A program made the position numbers and the translations under genes. A stretch of 64,000 nucleotides of DNA, from the NCBI RefSeq assembly GCF_004010195.1, contig NC_057713.1, positions 6,721,718 through 6,785,717 of the forward strand, given 5' to 3'. The number at the start of each line of letters is the position of its first letter. The first letter of the stretch is position 1. The notes beneath the pieces were generated by a model. It was not told the DNA's origin. It made no database searches and was given only the letters and a program-made list of their open reading frames with translations. Shown here one piece after another: positions 63,275 through 64,000 of this stretch. Source of the stretch: Chiloscyllium plagiosum (Eukaryota).

Positions 63275-63334
63275 AATTTTGATCAAGACGAAGAATTGAT
63301 GCTGCAAGACACCATCTGGAATTCGTATAAGTAA
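63275..63334 (+). CDS. RNF125: RNF125-like exon 6 (UIM-like terminus, stop TAA)
   Basis: Acceptor ctgatttcAG; NFDQDEELMLQDTIWNSYK*. The spliced CDS totals 639 nt (212 aa) with no internal stop. Confidence 0.88.
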   Translation, partial: NFDQDEELMLQDTIWNSYK

Positions 63335-64000
63335 TTTGATTAAATCCCTTTTGAAGAAACATCTCCTGCAGAAAATCACACACTTTTTTTAAAGGATAGG
63401 CATGCTTTTCAAATCCGCTTTTATAAAAGGGACTTTGCAAGCAAGCTTTGAGGAACCTCTTCCCAGACCCTGATGAAGATTGGTTTGGATTTTTGTTTGG
63501 AGCATTTCTGAAAGAACCTTTCTGCTCGATGTTGAGACATTGTCAATCTTGCAGCAATAATTCCTTGTGATGTACTGTATTAGCTGAGGCTTCCTTTTGA
63601 TGAATGTTTGTTTTCAGTAATGAATCTTCAATGTATCATGACAATAATCCGAGCATTATAACACTGTCCTTATTCTTTTGTCGAATGGAGGCCCCCATCA
63701 CCAAAGCCAGTGTGTGCTTCCCATCCCTAATTGCCCCTTGGATTGATGATTGAATGGGTCAATTCAGAGGGCAGTTAAGAGTGAAACACATCATTCTGGG
63801 TCTGGAGTCACGTGTAGACCAGACTGGGTAAGAACTGCAGATGCCCCCTCTCTCAAGGGCATTAGTGAACCAGGGTTTTTCTACTACAATTGATCTTCAT
63901 TTCATGGTCACCATTACTGACACTAGGATTTGCATTAAATCATTAGGATTGACTATTGATTTAAGTTCCAGTGGGTGGATTTTGAGTATGTGTCCCCAGA

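Noticed and set aside
54821-64000. Remaining TTPA exons (a complete nested gene)
   Set aside because: No CRAL-TRIO exon 2-like sequence was found downstream in the window; the exons found there belong to the RING gene.

Overview
Vertebrate genomic DNA, very probably from a cartilaginous fish (shark), judging by the repeat content: CR1/HER1-type LINEs, HE1-like V-SINEs, Deu-domain SINEs and Penelope elements. It has two assembly gaps (36433-37306 and 56826-56853). Host genes: (1) the first two coding exons and CpG-rich promoter of TRAPPC8 on the minus strand; (2) a single-coding-exon tandem C2H2 zinc-finger gene (17631-18314, +); (3) a complete six-exon RING/C2HC/2xC2H2/UIM E3 ligase of the RNF114/125/138/166 family (47412-63334, +). 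Its position next to TRAPPC8 makes it most likely RNF125. Most other sequence is nested retroelements and MITEs. Most notable observations: (a) an orphan, intact, CpG-rich TTPA-like exon 1 plus genomic intron sequence sits between two halves of a CR1 LINE in RNF125 intron 2, phase-compatible with RNF125 exon 3; (b) at least three Penelope-derived families carry minimal hammerhead-ribozyme folds with covarying stems, and one forms about 200-bp fold-back elements with 13-16-bp TSDs; (c) the TRAPPC8 promoter is built from a ~92-bp tandem module next to a perfect CLEAR palindrome; (d) the RNF125 promoter has ISRE and NF-kB motifs, and a myristoylation-type start lies one base out of frame. All gene and family names come from my own recognition of the sequence; no database search was run.
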